A stretch of 60,416 nucleotides of DNA, filler included. It is 5 parts of 5 records of this genome, joined end to end, with 100 filler letters (N's around TTAATTAATTAA, not from the genome) between each part and the next. Parts side by side here need not be neighbours in the genome. Positions count along the whole stretch, not along the records: positions 1 to 21,222 come from DRR723986_4809; 4 more parts are not named here. One strand, 5' to 3'. A program made the position numbers and the translations under genes. Below are positions 9,312-19,649 of this stretch, piece by piece. Every line of letters begins with the position of its first letter. Position 1 is the first letter of the stretch. The notes below the pieces were generated by a model, which saw nothing but the letters and a program-made list of their open reading frames with translations, ran no database searches and was not told the origin of the DNA.

Positions 9312-12300
9312 TCAGAGGGTTTTTGGGCTCAGTCGTTTAGCAAAAAACTGGCTGATGTCATGGGCGATAAAAAACAGGATTGGCACTAAAAATAATGTGA
9401 CCGCCGTGGCAAACAATATACCGAAGCCAACGGAGGTGGCCATTGGTTTGATGAATTGCGCCTGTATTGATGTTTCCAGCTGAATGGGCAGTAGCCCCAA
9501 AAAAGTGGTTAATGAGGTCAGTATCACCGCGCGAAAGCGCATCTGTCCGGCTTCGACTACGGCTTTGAGTTTTTCCTCCCCCTCGGAAACCTTTTGGTTG
9601 ATGAAGTCCACCAGAACCAGCGAGTCATTCACCACCACCCCGGCGAGCGCAACCACACCGATAATAGATAGCATGCTCAGATCATTGCCGGTGAGCCAGT
9701 GTCCAATAATGGCGCCTGCCACTGAAAAGGGAATTGCCGACATGATATACAGCGGCTGGATATAGGACTTCAGCGGAATGGCCAGTGCGGCAAAAATCAG
9801 CAGTAATACCAGCGACCCCATCACCTGCAGTTCGCGGGTGTCTTTTTGCTGTTCTTCCACCTGGCCGGTGTAGTAATAGCTAACCGCAGGGAATTGTTTA
9901 AGTAGTGTGGGCATCACGTCCCGGTCTAGCTTGGCGACCACCGCATCGGGTTCAATGGTGGCTTTGTCGATGCCCGTTTGGATATTGACCACGCGCTTTC
10001 TGTCGACCCGTTTGATGCTGGAAATGCCGGAGGAATATTGCGCTTCGGCCACTTCACTGAAGGGTACCCGCTCACCACTAGGCAGCTTGATCCACAATTG
10101 CTCCAGGGTTTCCAGCGTATTGCGCTCGGCGAGTGGCAATCTCGCGTAGACTCGCACTTCGTGACGGCCGCGTTGGAAACGCTGAATTTCAGCACCAAAG
10201 AAGGCTTGGCGCACTTGGCGTGCAATTTCAGCCTGGCCGAGACCCAGCAATTCGCCGGCGGGTTTAATGCGAATATCCACCTCCGGTGCGCCGGCGCCAA
10301 AGGTATCGCGGATATCGAATACGCCGCTTATTTGCTGAAGCTCCGCTTTGAGCCACTGTGCGGCGCGCTGCAGTTCAGCGAGGTCGTCAGACTCTAACGC
10401 GACGTCGAGGTCGACGCCTTCGCCCGGGCCCGCTTTCGCATCGAAGCTCAGCTGTTTAATACCGGGGAGTGGGCCGATCGCTTCTCGCCACCACTGGGCG
10501 AGAATAACGGAATCGATTTGCCGTTGTTCCGAGGGGACGAGAGACGCCCAAATTCTTGCCTGGTCGTCGGAGCTGCTCAGGGTTTCAATATTGCTAATGG
10601 CGTCGACATCTTCACCAGTACGTTCGCGGTAGCGCTCATTGACGGTCGTGGCCGCCGCCTCGATTTTCAGTGCGTAGTCATGAGTGAGCTGGTAGGGCGC
10701 GCTGGGCGGCAGCCGCAGGCTAATTACGATCTGGTCTGAGGGAACATCGGGGAAGAACACCATGCGGACAATGCCAGCGGGCACCAGGCTGAGAACGACA
10801 ATAAAGCCGGCCACAAATACGGCGAGGCTGACATAGCGATACGCAAGCAAGGTTTGCAACGCTGGGCGATAAATATTGTACACAAACGCTTTTAGCTGGC
10901 GGTCAAAGCCGTTTTGCAGGGCCGCGATGGGGCCGGTGGATTTTTTATCCAGTTTGATATGACGAAGGTGGGCGGGCAGGATCAGCTTGGTTTCTATCAG
11001 AGAAAAGATCAGGCAGAAGATCACGACCACCGCGATATTGGAGCCAAAGCGGCCGATGTGCGAGGTCATTGTCAGCATTGGGGTGAAGGCGATAATAGTC
11101 GTAAGCACGCCAAAAATTGTCGCTGTCGAGACGCGTTTTACCCCGTGAATAATGCTGTCTAAGCCTTGCTGTTCGCTCTCAAGGTAGCTGTAGGCACTCT
11201 CGCCGGTAACAATGGCATCGTCCACCACAATGCCCAGCACCAGCAAAAAACCGAATAGCGACATCAGGTTTATCGAGTAGTCGAAAAAGCCAAGGTTCAT
11301 TACCATCATGGCGCCAAGAAAGCTGAATGGCACGCCGATTAACACCCAAAAGGCCATGCTCAGGCGTAAAAATAGCGCCAGTGCCAATAGAACTAAAATG
11401 CCCCCTTGCAGCGCATTTTTAAGTAGTAGGTCGATTCGGCCTTTGAGGATACGCGAGTTATCGAACCAGACATTGAGGCTGACGCCATCGGGTAATTCCA
11501 GTTGCTTCTGGGCGGCGTAGTCTTTGACTAACTGGCTGACATCGAGGGTGCTCTGGCGGCCGACGGTGAAGATTGTGAGCCGCGCACCGTTGGCGCCATT
11601 CAGGCGGCTGAGAATAGGCTGCTCGCTGAAACCATCGCGCACATTGGCAATATCGCCTAGCAGCAAGCGGGTGCCGTCCGGGCGGGTGAGTAGCGGAATG
11701 CGGCGATACTCATCGCCACTGTAGGCCTGACCTTGTGAGCGAAGAGTAATCGTACCGCTGTCGGTGCGAACATTGCCGCCGGGTAAGTTTTCGGATCGAC
11801 TGCGAATGAGCGTTACCACTTGGTCGAAGCTCAGGCCGTACTGGCGAAGTGTGCTGTCGGAGAGCTCGATGGCCACCTCGTAATCGCGTACACCGACGAG
11901 TTCAATCTGGGTAATCTCGCCGGTGGCCAGCAGGTCGTCGCGCACGTCGTCAGCAAGGGCTTTGAGTTGATGCTCGCTAAGCTTTTCGCCAGCGATACTC
12001 AGGTTGATGGTGTGATTCTTGGCCAGTATTTCTTCAATGATGGGTTTTTCGGCATTGGCGGGAAACGACGCGATGGCGTTAACGCGGGAGGTGACATCGT
12101 TGAGCACCGGCGCCATATCGGTCTTGGGCTGCATTTGCACTAGCACTGTGGCGACATTCTCATTGGCTTCAGCAATGATGTCGTCGACGTCTTCCATATC
12201 CTGCAGGGCTTCTTCAATTTTGATCAGAATGCCTTCCTCTACCTCGCTGGGGGAGCTGCCAGGGTAGGGAACAGTGATACGGATCATCTCCAGTGGGATT

Positions 12301-12437
12301 GTGGGGAAGACCTCTTTGCGCAAATCTAACAGGGAGACCAGCCCGGCGAGCATCACCACGGCCATTAACAGATTGGCGGCGACGGGATTGCGGGCCATCC
12401 AGCCAATGGCGCCACTGCGGCGATCATAGGGCGTCAT
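9312..12437 (-). CDS. RND efflux transporter permease (AcrB/D/F family)
   Basis: 1041 aa; NPVAANLL, GIVVDDAIV, RFRAVILTSLTT. Confidence 0.95.
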   Translation of the reverse strand: MTPYDRRSGAIGWMARNPVAANLLMAVVMLAGLVSLLDLRKEVFPTIPLEMIRITVPYPGSSPSEVEEGILIKIEEALQDMEDVDDIIAEANENVATVLVQMQPKTDMAPVLNDVTSRVNAIASFPANAEKPIIEEILAKNHTINLSIAGEKLSEHQLKALADDVRDDLLATGEITQIELVGVRDYEVAIELSDSTLRQYGLSFDQVVTLIRSRSENLPGGNVRTDSGTITLRSQGQAYSGDEYRRIPLLTRPDGTRLLLGDIANVRDGFSEQPILSRLNGANGARLTIFTVGRQSTLDVSQLVKDYAAQKQLELPDGVSLNVWFDNSRILKGRIDLLLKNALQGGILVLLALALFLRLSMAFWVLIGVPFSFLGAMMVMNLGFFDYSINLMSLFGFLLVLGIVVDDAIVTGESAYSYLESEQQGLDSIIHGVKRVSTATIFGVLTTIIAFTPMLTMTSHIGRFGSNIAVVVIFCLIFSLIETKLILPAHLRHIKLDKKSTGPIAALQNGFDRQLKAFVYNIYRPALQTLLAYRYVSLAVFVAGFIVVLSLVPAGIVRMVFFPDVPSDQIVISLRLPPSAPYQLTHDYALKIEAAATTVNERYRERTGEDVDAISNIETLSSSDDQARIWASLVPSEQRQIDSVILAQWWREAIGPLPGIKQLSFDAKAGPGEGVDLDVALESDDLAELQRAAQWLKAELQQISGVFDIRDTFGAGAPEVDIRIKPAGELLGLGQAEIARQVRQAFFGAEIQRFQRGRHEVRVYARLPLAERNTLETLEQLWIKLPSGERVPFSEVAEAQYSSGISSIKRVDRKRVVNIQTGIDKATIEPDAVVAKLDRDVMPTLLKQFPAVSYYYTGQVEEQQKDTRELQVMGSLVLLLIFAALAIPLKSYIQPLYIMSAIPFSVAGAIIGHWLTGNDLSMLSIIGVVALAGVVVNDSLVLVDFINQKVSEGEEKLKAVVEAGQMRFRAVILTSLTTFLGLLPIQLETSIQAQFIKPMATSVGFGILFATAVTLFLVPILFFIAHDISQFFAKRLSPKTL

Positions 12438-13507
12438 AGCGACTCGACTCTAACTTTCATGCCCTCGGTCATAATGTCGAGGCGGCTGAGTACCAGCTGG
12501 TCGCCGACGTTTATGTCTCCTCTTACCACGGCGTATTGGGAATTCTTTTGCAGTAGGGTTACCGCCACGCTCTGCAATTGCTGCTGTGGGTCGAGGCGGT
12601 AAACGAAGCGGTTTTCAAAAACCGCGCTCGCGGGAATGCGAAAGGCGTCGTCAAATTCAACGCCGTGAATGTCGGCGCGAACAAACTGACCGATGCGCAA
12701 CGCCGGCTTGGTCGCGTAGGGGGCGTCCAGCACTGCCACGGCATAGGCGACCCGAGTCGCATCGTCCAATTGTTGATTTAGGCGACCGAGGCGCGCTTGC
12801 CAGCGACCGGTTTGTTGGTCGATGGCATGGAGCGTAACGCTGACGCCATCGACTGCCTCCAGCATCTCTAACTCGGCGTGGCTAATCGGCAGGGGAATCT
12901 CTACTTGGTCGACCGCTTGAAAGCTGGCGAGGACGCTGCCGGGAGCCACATACTGCCCGAGAGCCACTTGTTTGATGCTGACCAGCGCTTCCATCGGCAG
13001 TGAGATTTCTGTTCGCGAAAGGTCGACATTGGCCTTGCGGATTTGCGCCTTGGCGGCGGCAATCTGAGCGCGCGCCCGTCGAATTTGCGGGTGGCGTGGG
13101 TTGCGGGTTTCAAAGCGGCTGCGGGTGTCTGCCAGGGCTAGCTCGGCATCGCGCAGGGCGAGTAGCGCCTGGGCTTCTGCCAGTTTGTATTGGCTGCGGT
13201 CTACTCTGGCGATGGGGGTATCGGCAGCGATAATGGCGCCGACCTCCAGCGCAGGGTTCACCCAGGTGACTCTGCCGGCGACGTCACTGGTTAATTGCAA
13301 GGTGGTCTTTGCTCTCACCGTGCCGTGCGAGCCCAGGGTCATTGCGGCCCCTTGGCGCTCGATGGTGTGCACCTGCACAAGCGGTTGCTCGTCCACGCGG
13401 GGTTGGGATGCAAGCTCTGGCCGGCTGCTGATAAGCACCTTGGCCAGCAGCAGTGCGCCGATAACGATTAACGGTGGTAGTACGAACTTGAGGCGTTTTC
13501 TTAACAC
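12434..13507 (-). CDS. RND periplasmic adaptor (membrane fusion protein)
   Basis: N-terminal anchor, lipoyl/hairpin pattern (VAGRVTWV...LSRTEISLP...LGQYV); overlaps the permease start. Confidence 0.9.
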   Translation of the reverse strand: MLRKRLKFVLPPLIVIGALLLAKVLISSRPELASQPRVDEQPLVQVHTIERQGAAMTLGSHGTVRAKTTLQLTSDVAGRVTWVNPALEVGAIIAADTPIARVDRSQYKLAEAQALLALRDAELALADTRSRFETRNPRHPQIRRARAQIAAAKAQIRKANVDLSRTEISLPMEALVSIKQVALGQYVAPGSVLASFQAVDQVEIPLPISHAELEMLEAVDGVSVTLHAIDQQTGRWQARLGRLNQQLDDATRVAYAVAVLDAPYATKPALRIGQFVRADIHGVEFDDAFRIPASAVFENRFVYRLDPQQQLQSVAVTLLQKNSQYAVVRGDINVGDQLVLSRLDIMTEGMKVRVESL

Positions 13508-13561
13508 GGTAATCGCGATCCCTGAAATTGCTGCCTATAAAGGTGTTATTCCCAGCCAGAG

Positions 13562-15319
13562 TTAATTTGAGGTGGCCGGGCTGTTGTTGCCGCCATCGCG
13601 CTGTTGAAAGCGCTGTTTCTTTCTATACGGGAATACGTCGGCGACATAACCGTTGCGAATCTTGTCCTGCAGCTCGCGCCAGTAATCGGGGTCGTAGAGG
13701 TCGCTGTGCAATTCGTCAAATACCTTCTTGGCGCGCTGATTCCCTGAGAAGAACAGGCGAAACTCTTCCGGGAACACATCCTCGGGTTTGACCTCATACC
13801 AGGGGTGAGTGGCCATGGCCTGCTCCTCTGTTTTGGGCTCTGGCAGGCGGCGGAAGTTACAGTCGGTCAGTGGACAAATTTCGTCGTAGTCATAGAACAC
13901 CACGCGTCCGTGGCGGGTAACGCCAAAGTTTTTAAGCAGCATATCGCCGGGGAAAATATTCCCCGCGGCGAGCTGTTTAATGGCGCTGCCGTATTCGTCC
14001 ATCACGCTGTAAAGCTGCTCTTCGTTGCAGTCTTTCAGGTAGAGGTTGAGAGGAATCATTTTCCGCTCAATATAGACGTGCTTGAGTATCAACACATTGC
14101 CGTGCTCCTCGACCAGCGAGGGAGCCTCTTTGTAGAGCTCGGCCATGAGCTCGTCGGAGAAACGGCGGCGGTCAAAGGCCAGGTTGTTAAATTCCTGGGT
14201 GTCGGCCATGCGGCCGCCGCGGTCCCAGCGTTTTACCAGGCTGTAGCATTTTCTAACGTGTTCCCGGCTCATCTCTTTAGGAGGCGTGAACTTGTCTTTG
14301 ATCACTTTGTACACGTACCCGAAGTCTGGCCGGGTGAATACCAGCATCACCATGCCCTTGATCCCGGGGGCGATCACGTAGGGATCTTCGCTGTTTAACG
14401 TATCGTTGACGGCAAAGCGGTAAAACTCCGTTTTACCGTGCTTTTGCATACCGATTGCGTTGTAGAGTTCAAACACCTCTTTGTGCGGCATGAGGCGTCG
14501 TAAAAATGCCACGTATTCCGAAGGAATCGAGGCGTCGACCATGAAGTAGCTGCGGCTGAAGCTGAAAAGAATTGAGAGGTCGTCAGGCTCGTGCAACAGG
14601 GTGTCGACGAAGAGCGAACCGTCATCGGAGTGCAGGATCGGCAGCACGAAGGGCTTGCTGAAATTGCCGCTGTAGGCGCGCCCAACCAAATACGCCGCTT
14701 TGTTACGAAAGAATAGTGACTCCAGGGTCTCGACCCAGATCTCCCCAGTGCCTTCGGGGATGCGGGGAACCAGGTCTTGGTTGACGACGTTCATGACAAA
14801 TTGAATGTCGCGCTGCTGGTCTTCCCAGGGAATATTGAACTCACAGTCGTCCAACATTTGTTTGACGATGGCGGCGCCATTATCGCCGTTGAACTTGTAG
14901 CGCCGGAGAATAGAGTCGCTGTCGATTGGGCCTCGGTGTCCTGCCGGTGTGGTGGCAAAGGTGTGTTGATCCCGAATTTTTTCGTGCTCGAAGACGTAGC
15001 AGTAAATGGAGTTAAAGAAGGATTGTGCAATCTCGTAATTGTCGTGATTCTGAATTAGCTCGGCGTATTCTTGCTTGGCAACTTCCCAGTGCTCGCGGTC
15101 CTGCACGCTGCCGCCGGTAATGGTGTGGGCGGCTTCGGCGACAATGACCCGTTTTTGCTTCCAGAGGTTGAGGCGCGCGCGCATCGCCTCTTGAGAGCCG
15201 TGCCAATCGGCGGCTTCAAAACGGGCTTGGGCGCCGAGGGTGATATTTTTAAATTCGGCGAAAAACGCATCGAAGCCATTGAGAATGGCCATCGCGAGTC
15301 GGCGGGTAACAGCGGTCAT
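13562..15319 (-). CDS. aceK: Isocitrate dehydrogenase kinase/phosphatase
   Basis: APGIKGMVMLVF, GRMADTQEF, IFPGDMLLKNFGVTRHGRVVFYDYDEI. Confidence 0.97.
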   Translation of the reverse strand: MTAVTRRLAMAILNGFDAFFAEFKNITLGAQARFEAADWHGSQEAMRARLNLWKQKRVIVAEAAHTITGGSVQDREHWEVAKQEYAELIQNHDNYEIAQSFFNSIYCYVFEHEKIRDQHTFATTPAGHRGPIDSDSILRRYKFNGDNGAAIVKQMLDDCEFNIPWEDQQRDIQFVMNVVNQDLVPRIPEGTGEIWVETLESLFFRNKAAYLVGRAYSGNFSKPFVLPILHSDDGSLFVDTLLHEPDDLSILFSFSRSYFMVDASIPSEYVAFLRRLMPHKEVFELYNAIGMQKHGKTEFYRFAVNDTLNSEDPYVIAPGIKGMVMLVFTRPDFGYVYKVIKDKFTPPKEMSREHVRKCYSLVKRWDRGGRMADTQEFNNLAFDRRRFSDELMAELYKEAPSLVEEHGNVLILKHVYIERKMIPLNLYLKDCNEEQLYSVMDEYGSAIKQLAAGNIFPGDMLLKNFGVTRHGRVVFYDYDEICPLTDCNFRRLPEPKTEEQAMATHPWYEVKPEDVFPEEFRLFFSGNQRAKKVFDELHSDLYDPDYWRELQDKIRNGYVADVFPYRKKQRFQQRDGGNNSPATSN

Positions 15320-15361
15320 TGCTGGTAGTGTCCTGTCACGTAGGAGGGTATAGCTAAGAGT

Positions 15362-15396
15362 CTGCCCGACTTTCGCAGAAAAGCGAAGTCGGACAG
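15362..15396. other. Intergenic stem-loop between the LLM gene and aceK
   Basis: CTGCCCGACTTTCGC-AGAAAA-GCGAAGTCGGACAG imperfect inverted repeat; no clear U-tract. Confidence 0.5.
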
Positions 15397-15418
15397 TGGG
15401 GGGCTGCGATGTTTGCGC

Positions 15419-16453
15419 TTACAGGAAGCAGTCCGCCATTACTTCACGGGCTTCAGCCTGCTGGCAGTTGAGGATCATTGTGCCGACTTCGCCGCGTTGA
15501 TTCGCTGCTTTCCAATCCTGGGCGCGCTCGCGAATGCGGGCTTCTGGGCCAACCAGCGCGACCTCGTCGACAAGTTCGTTGGGCACCGCTTCGCGGGCTT
15601 CATCCTTCTTGCCGGCCAGGTAGAGGTCCTGCACTTTTTCTGCCGCGTCGCCGTAGCCCATGCGGGTGGCGTAGTCAGTGTAGAAGTTCTTGCCCTTGGC
15701 GCCCATACCGCCAATATATAGCGCGAGGAAGTCTTTAATGAAGTGGCGACAGCCATCGAGGTTGTCGTCCATTATAACGCCGACAAAGGGGGCAACATCG
15801 AAGTCGGCCTTGCTGCGGCCACTCTTCTCCAGGCCCTTGTTGATCGCCGGCTCAAGCACGGAATATTTGTCTGGGCTCATCCACACCGGGAATACGCCGT
15901 CGGCGACTTCGGCCGAGGCGGCTACCCCGGCGGGAGTGATGGACGCCGTGTAAATGGGGATGCTGGGGTCACCGTGCAAAATTGACTTAAGCGCTTTGCC
16001 CAGGCCGGTGGTGCCTTCGCCTTTGTTGGGAATCTGGTACATCTTGCCATCAAACTCCAGCGGGCCTTTGCGCTCGAAAATCTGCTTCATAATTTTGATG
16101 TACTCGCGGGTGCGGGTGACGGGCTTGCCGTAGGGCACGCCGTGCCAGCCTTCCACCACCTGCGGTCCCGATGCACCCAGGCCGACGATAAAGCGGCCAT
16201 CGGACAGGGAGTCCAGGCTCATTGCCGTCATCGCCGCCATGGCGGGGCTGCGAGCAGGCATCTGCATAATGGCAGTACCCACCTTAATTTTTTCGGTTTG
16301 TGCAAGTATCCAGGCGGCCGGGCTAACGGCATCAGAACCATAGGCTTCAGCTGTCCACACTGAGTCGAAGCCCAGGGCTTCGGCGTGTTTAATGTCATCC
16401 ATTGGCAGCGTTAATTTCGCGCCTGAGTAGCCCAGTAGTAGTCCCAGTTTCAT
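15419..16453 (-). CDS. LLM-class oxidoreductase, probably F420-dependent (Rv3520c-like)
   Basis: MKLGLLLGY, DSVWTAEAYGSDA, GRFIVGLGASGPQVVEGWHG. Confidence 0.85.
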   Translation of the reverse strand: MKLGLLLGYSGAKLTLPMDDIKHAEALGFDSVWTAEAYGSDAVSPAAWILAQTEKIKVGTAIMQMPARSPAMAAMTAMSLDSLSDGRFIVGLGASGPQVVEGWHGVPYGKPVTRTREYIKIMKQIFERKGPLEFDGKMYQIPNKGEGTTGLGKALKSILHGDPSIPIYTASITPAGVAASAEVADGVFPVWMSPDKYSVLEPAINKGLEKSGRSKADFDVAPFVGVIMDDNLDGCRHFIKDFLALYIGGMGAKGKNFYTDYATRMGYGDAAEKVQDLYLAGKKDEAREAVPNELVDEVALVGPEARIRERAQDWKAANQRGEVGTMILNCQQAEAREVMADCFL

Positions 16454-16502
16454 TGCTGTTCCCCTTATTATTTTAGCGGGGCCCTGCGCCCCCTCGAATC
16501 GG

Positions 16503-16985
16503 TTAGCTTACCAGCGCTTTGCTGGAGAAGATAACGCCGGTTTCATCGGCATAGGCATAGTCGCCCGGTGCGATATCGATAGCGCCAAAGTGTAGGGCGA
16601 CATTGAGTTGCCCCTCGTTGCGCTTCTCGGTTTTACGCGGCACGCTGCCCAGTGCCAATATGCCTAGCTCCATCGGGGCGATCTCTTCCACATCGCGCAG
16701 GTAGCCGTAGATGATAATACCGCTCCAACCATTTTTAACCGCGGCGCCAGCAAGGTTGTCTCCAAGCAGTGAGCGTCGCACTGAGCCGCCGCCATCAACG
16801 ACCAATACGCGGCCTTCGCCAGGCTGTTTAACTTGCTCGGCAACCAGGGAGTTGTCTTCAAAGCACTTAATGGTGACAACTTGGCCGCCGAAATTGTGAG
16901 TCGCGCCGTAGTGGCGCAGCGGCAGTTCAAGAACGCGTACGTCGTCGCCGAATTCGTCGCAGAGATCGGGTGTAGAGATGGGCAT
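16503..16985 (-). CDS. rraA: RraA family protein (RNase E regulator / HMG aldolase-like)
   Basis: Start MPISTPDLCD at 16985 with GGAGGA RBS; KCFEDNS, VDGGGS, LGDNLA, RD. Confidence 0.9.
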   Translation of the reverse strand: MPISTPDLCDEFGDDVRVLELPLRHYGATHNFGGQVVTIKCFEDNSLVAEQVKQPGEGRVLVVDGGGSVRRSLLGDNLAGAAVKNGWSGIIIYGYLRDVEEIAPMELGILALGSVPRKTEKRNEGQLNVALHFGAIDIAPGDYAYADETGVIFSSKALVS

Positions 16986-17053
16986 GATTTTCCTCCGGGG
17001 CTCAACGCCGCAGTGTTGGCGCTGAGCATAAAATAAATGGTTTGGGTTAGGGC

Positions 17054-17617
17054 TTAGTTTGTGACTACAGCGAGGCACGATGCACTAATATCTGCATCGT
17101 AATAGGCCATGCCCAATTTATTTAGGTACTCCAAGCGATCGGCTTTCATTAGGTCTATTTCGGGCGCGTCGAAATTGTTAGCTTGGTAAATACCTGCCAG
17201 ATAAGCCATAAATTGCTCGCCCTCTTCGACTAATAATAAGCTGGCGGCGCCTACATCGGGTTTCACTTTGGCGTTCAGTTCTTCAGGAAGTGTTACCGCA
17301 AGCACAACTGGTTGCTCCTCGCCCTGAAACCTTACGCGGCGATTTCTCACGGTTTGCTCGGCCCAGTAAAAAGCCAATTCCTTGCTCTGGGTTAAGAAGA
17401 CCGGTTCGATAGATTCGGAATAGCTATTGCCGATAGTGGCCATGGTTTCTTTGGCCGCTTGCTTCAGTGCCTTGTCGCCGGAGCGTTTTAAGCCCTGCTC
17501 CATGATGGCGTCAACCAGCGCCGAAGAGGTGCCGTGATACCACGTGCTGCTGGTGGTAAAGCCCTGTTCGCTTAATAAAGCCCTGGCATCTTTAAGAAAA
17601 TCTGGTGCGTCAGTCAT
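17054..17617 (-). CDS. Hypothetical protein with ADP-ribosyltransferase-like motifs
   Basis: WYHGTS-x7-IMEQGL ... VFLT-x4-LAFYWA ... PVVLAV pattern; function inferred only. Confidence 0.65.
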   Translation of the reverse strand: MTDAPDFLKDARALLSEQGFTTSSTWYHGTSSALVDAIMEQGLKRSGDKALKQAAKETMATIGNSYSESIEPVFLTQSKELAFYWAEQTVRNRRVRFQGEEQPVVLAVTLPEELNAKVKPDVGAASLLLVEEGEQFMAYLAGIYQANNFDAPEIDLMKADRLEYLNKLGMAYYDADISASCLAVVTN

Positions 17618-17745
17618 AGTAGAAGTTACACAGTCGGTTTGAATTGGAAAGCATGTAGAAGTTTAGGGAAGCTTTGCACAGCTTAGCAATATCTCTGCGG
17701 GCCCTAAAAGGTCTGCGATTATCTTATTTAGCTAATTCTGCCCAC

Positions 17746-17779
17746 AAAAAAGGCGACGCCTTTTTAAGGTGTCGCCTTT
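17746..17779 (-). terminator. Intrinsic terminator downstream of aceA
   Basis: Minus strand AAAGGCGACACCTT-AAA-AAGGCGTCGCCTTTTTT. Confidence 0.85.
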
Positions 17780-17848
17780 CGGTTCGCAAGTGCGCTGTGC
17801 CCCGCGTGTTGCTAATTGCCGGGCACGTCGCCTAACGCGTGTTCAGAT

Positions 17849-19444
17849 TTAGCTGAACTGGTTAGAGGTGTTTTTCGCACCACCTGCTTTCAGTGCCATT
17901 TCACCTGCGTAGTACTCTTTGTGATCGTCGCCCAGGTCAGAACCGGCCATGTTTTGGTGCTTAACACAGGCGATACCCTGACGGATCTCTTTACGCTGAA
18001 CGCCTTCAACGTAACCCAGCATTGCTTTGTCACCGAAGTATTCTTTCGCCAGGTTGTCTACCGACAGTGCTGTAGTGTGGTAAGTCGGCAGAGTGATCAG
18101 GTGGTGGAATACGTTCGCTTCACGGGCAGTGTCTGCCTGGAAGGTGCGTACACGTGCATCAGCTGCAGCAGACAGTTCAGAGTCGTCGTACTCAGCAGAC
18201 ATCAGGTTGTCACGGTCGTAAGCAGAAACGTCTTTACCTTCAGCCGCCCATGCATCGTAAGTCTGCTGACGGAAGTTCAGTGTCCAGTTGAACGAAGGCG
18301 AGTTGTTGTAAACCAGTTTCGCATCGGGGTGAACCTTGCGAATCTCGTCCATCATGCCTTTGATTTCGTGAACAGTCGGTACTGCAGTTTCGATCCACAG
18401 CAGGTCAGCGCCAGCGTTGATCGCTTCGATGCAGTCAAATACGCAACGCTCGTGGCCAGTGCCCTGACGGAACTGGTACAGACCTGAAGGCAGGCGCTTA
18501 GGACGAACCAGCTTGCCGTTGCGGCTGATCAGTACATCGCCTTCAGCAGTGTCTTCTGGGGCAACTTCTTCACAATCCAGGAAGGAGTTGTAAATGTCAC
18601 CTTGGTCGCCTGGCTCGCGAACAACAGCGATCTCTTTAGTCAGGCCAGCACCTTCAGAGTCTGTACGTGCAACGATAACACCGTCATCAACACCCAGCTC
18701 AAGGAAAGCGTAACGCAGCGCGCGCAGCTTAGCGTGGAAGTCAGCGTGAGGTACGGTTACTTTACCGTCCTGGTGACCACACTGCTTCTCATCGGCAACC
18801 TGGTTTTCGATCTGCAGGCAGCATGCACCGGCTTCGATCATTTGCTTGGCCATCAGGTAAGTCGCTTCAGCGTTACCAAAACCGGCATCGATGTCGGCAA
18901 CGATGGGTACAACGTGAGTTTCGTGGTTGTCGATTTTGCTTTGGATTTCAGCTTCTTTAGCGCTGTCGCCAGCTTCGCGTGCTGCGTCCAGCTCGCGGAA
19001 CAAGCCACCCAGCTCACGTGCGTCAGCTTGGCGCAGGAAGGTGTACAGCTCTCTTACCAGGTCGGCAACAACGGTTTTCTCGTGCATAGACTGGTCAGGC
19101 AGAGGGCCAAAGCTAGAGCGCAGTGCAGCAACCATCCAGCCAGACAGGTAGAGGTAGCGGCGCTCAGTTGAGCCGAAGTGCTTTTTGATAGAGATCAGCT
19201 TTTGCTGACCAACAAAACCGTGCCAGCAGCCCAAAGACTGAGTGTACTTGGTTTTGTCTTTGTCGAACTCGGCCATGTCGCGACGCATGATGCCAGCAGT
19301 GTACTTGGCAATGTCCAGGCCGGTTTTGAATTTGTTCTGAGCACGCATGCGCGCGGCAGATTCGGGGTTGATAGCATCCCATGGGCTACCGGCTTGCTCT
19401 TTAAGTCCGGCGATGGATTGGATGTCTGCTTCTAACGATGACAT
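17849..19444 (-). CDS. aceA: Isocitrate lyase (long, Pseudomonas-type)
   Basis: DIDAGFG, QIENQVADEKQCGHQDGK, YNNSPSFNW; codon bias typical of a highly expressed gene. Confidence 0.97.
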   Translation of the reverse strand: MSSLEADIQSIAGLKEQAGSPWDAINPESAARMRAQNKFKTGLDIAKYTAGIMRRDMAEFDKDKTKYTQSLGCWHGFVGQQKLISIKKHFGSTERRYLYLSGWMVAALRSSFGPLPDQSMHEKTVVADLVRELYTFLRQADARELGGLFRELDAAREAGDSAKEAEIQSKIDNHETHVVPIVADIDAGFGNAEATYLMAKQMIEAGACCLQIENQVADEKQCGHQDGKVTVPHADFHAKLRALRYAFLELGVDDGVIVARTDSEGAGLTKEIAVVREPGDQGDIYNSFLDCEEVAPEDTAEGDVLISRNGKLVRPKRLPSGLYQFRQGTGHERCVFDCIEAINAGADLLWIETAVPTVHEIKGMMDEIRKVHPDAKLVYNNSPSFNWTLNFRQQTYDAWAAEGKDVSAYDRDNLMSAEYDDSELSAAADARVRTFQADTAREANVFHHLITLPTYHTTALSVDNLAKEYFGDKAMLGYVEGVQRKEIRQGIACVKHQNMAGSDLGDDHKEYYAGEMALKAGGAKNTSNQFS

Positions 19445-19500
19445 ATGCGGTCCCTTTTCATTGCGGTGGGTGGTTTAACGCAGGCTAGTGTACTCGCGAC

Positions 19501-19649
19501 CTATAAATTTTTCTAATTTATAGATTCTATATTCGGTATTTTCGGTGGGAATGTTGTTGGGGGGTGTGCTGCTTCGCTTATGTTAAGCGATCTCTATTTT
19601 AATAAATTGCTGCGGGGCCTGCTGCCCGCCCACCATTTAATAAATGAAT
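19501..19649. promoter_or_regulatory. Operator-like elements in the divergent aceA/glcB control region
   Basis: Perfect 9-5-9 inverted repeat CTATAAATT-TTTCT-AATTTATAG (19501-19523); two ATTT-N7-GAAT (T-N11-A) boxes at 19538-19552 and 19635-19649. Confidence 0.5.
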
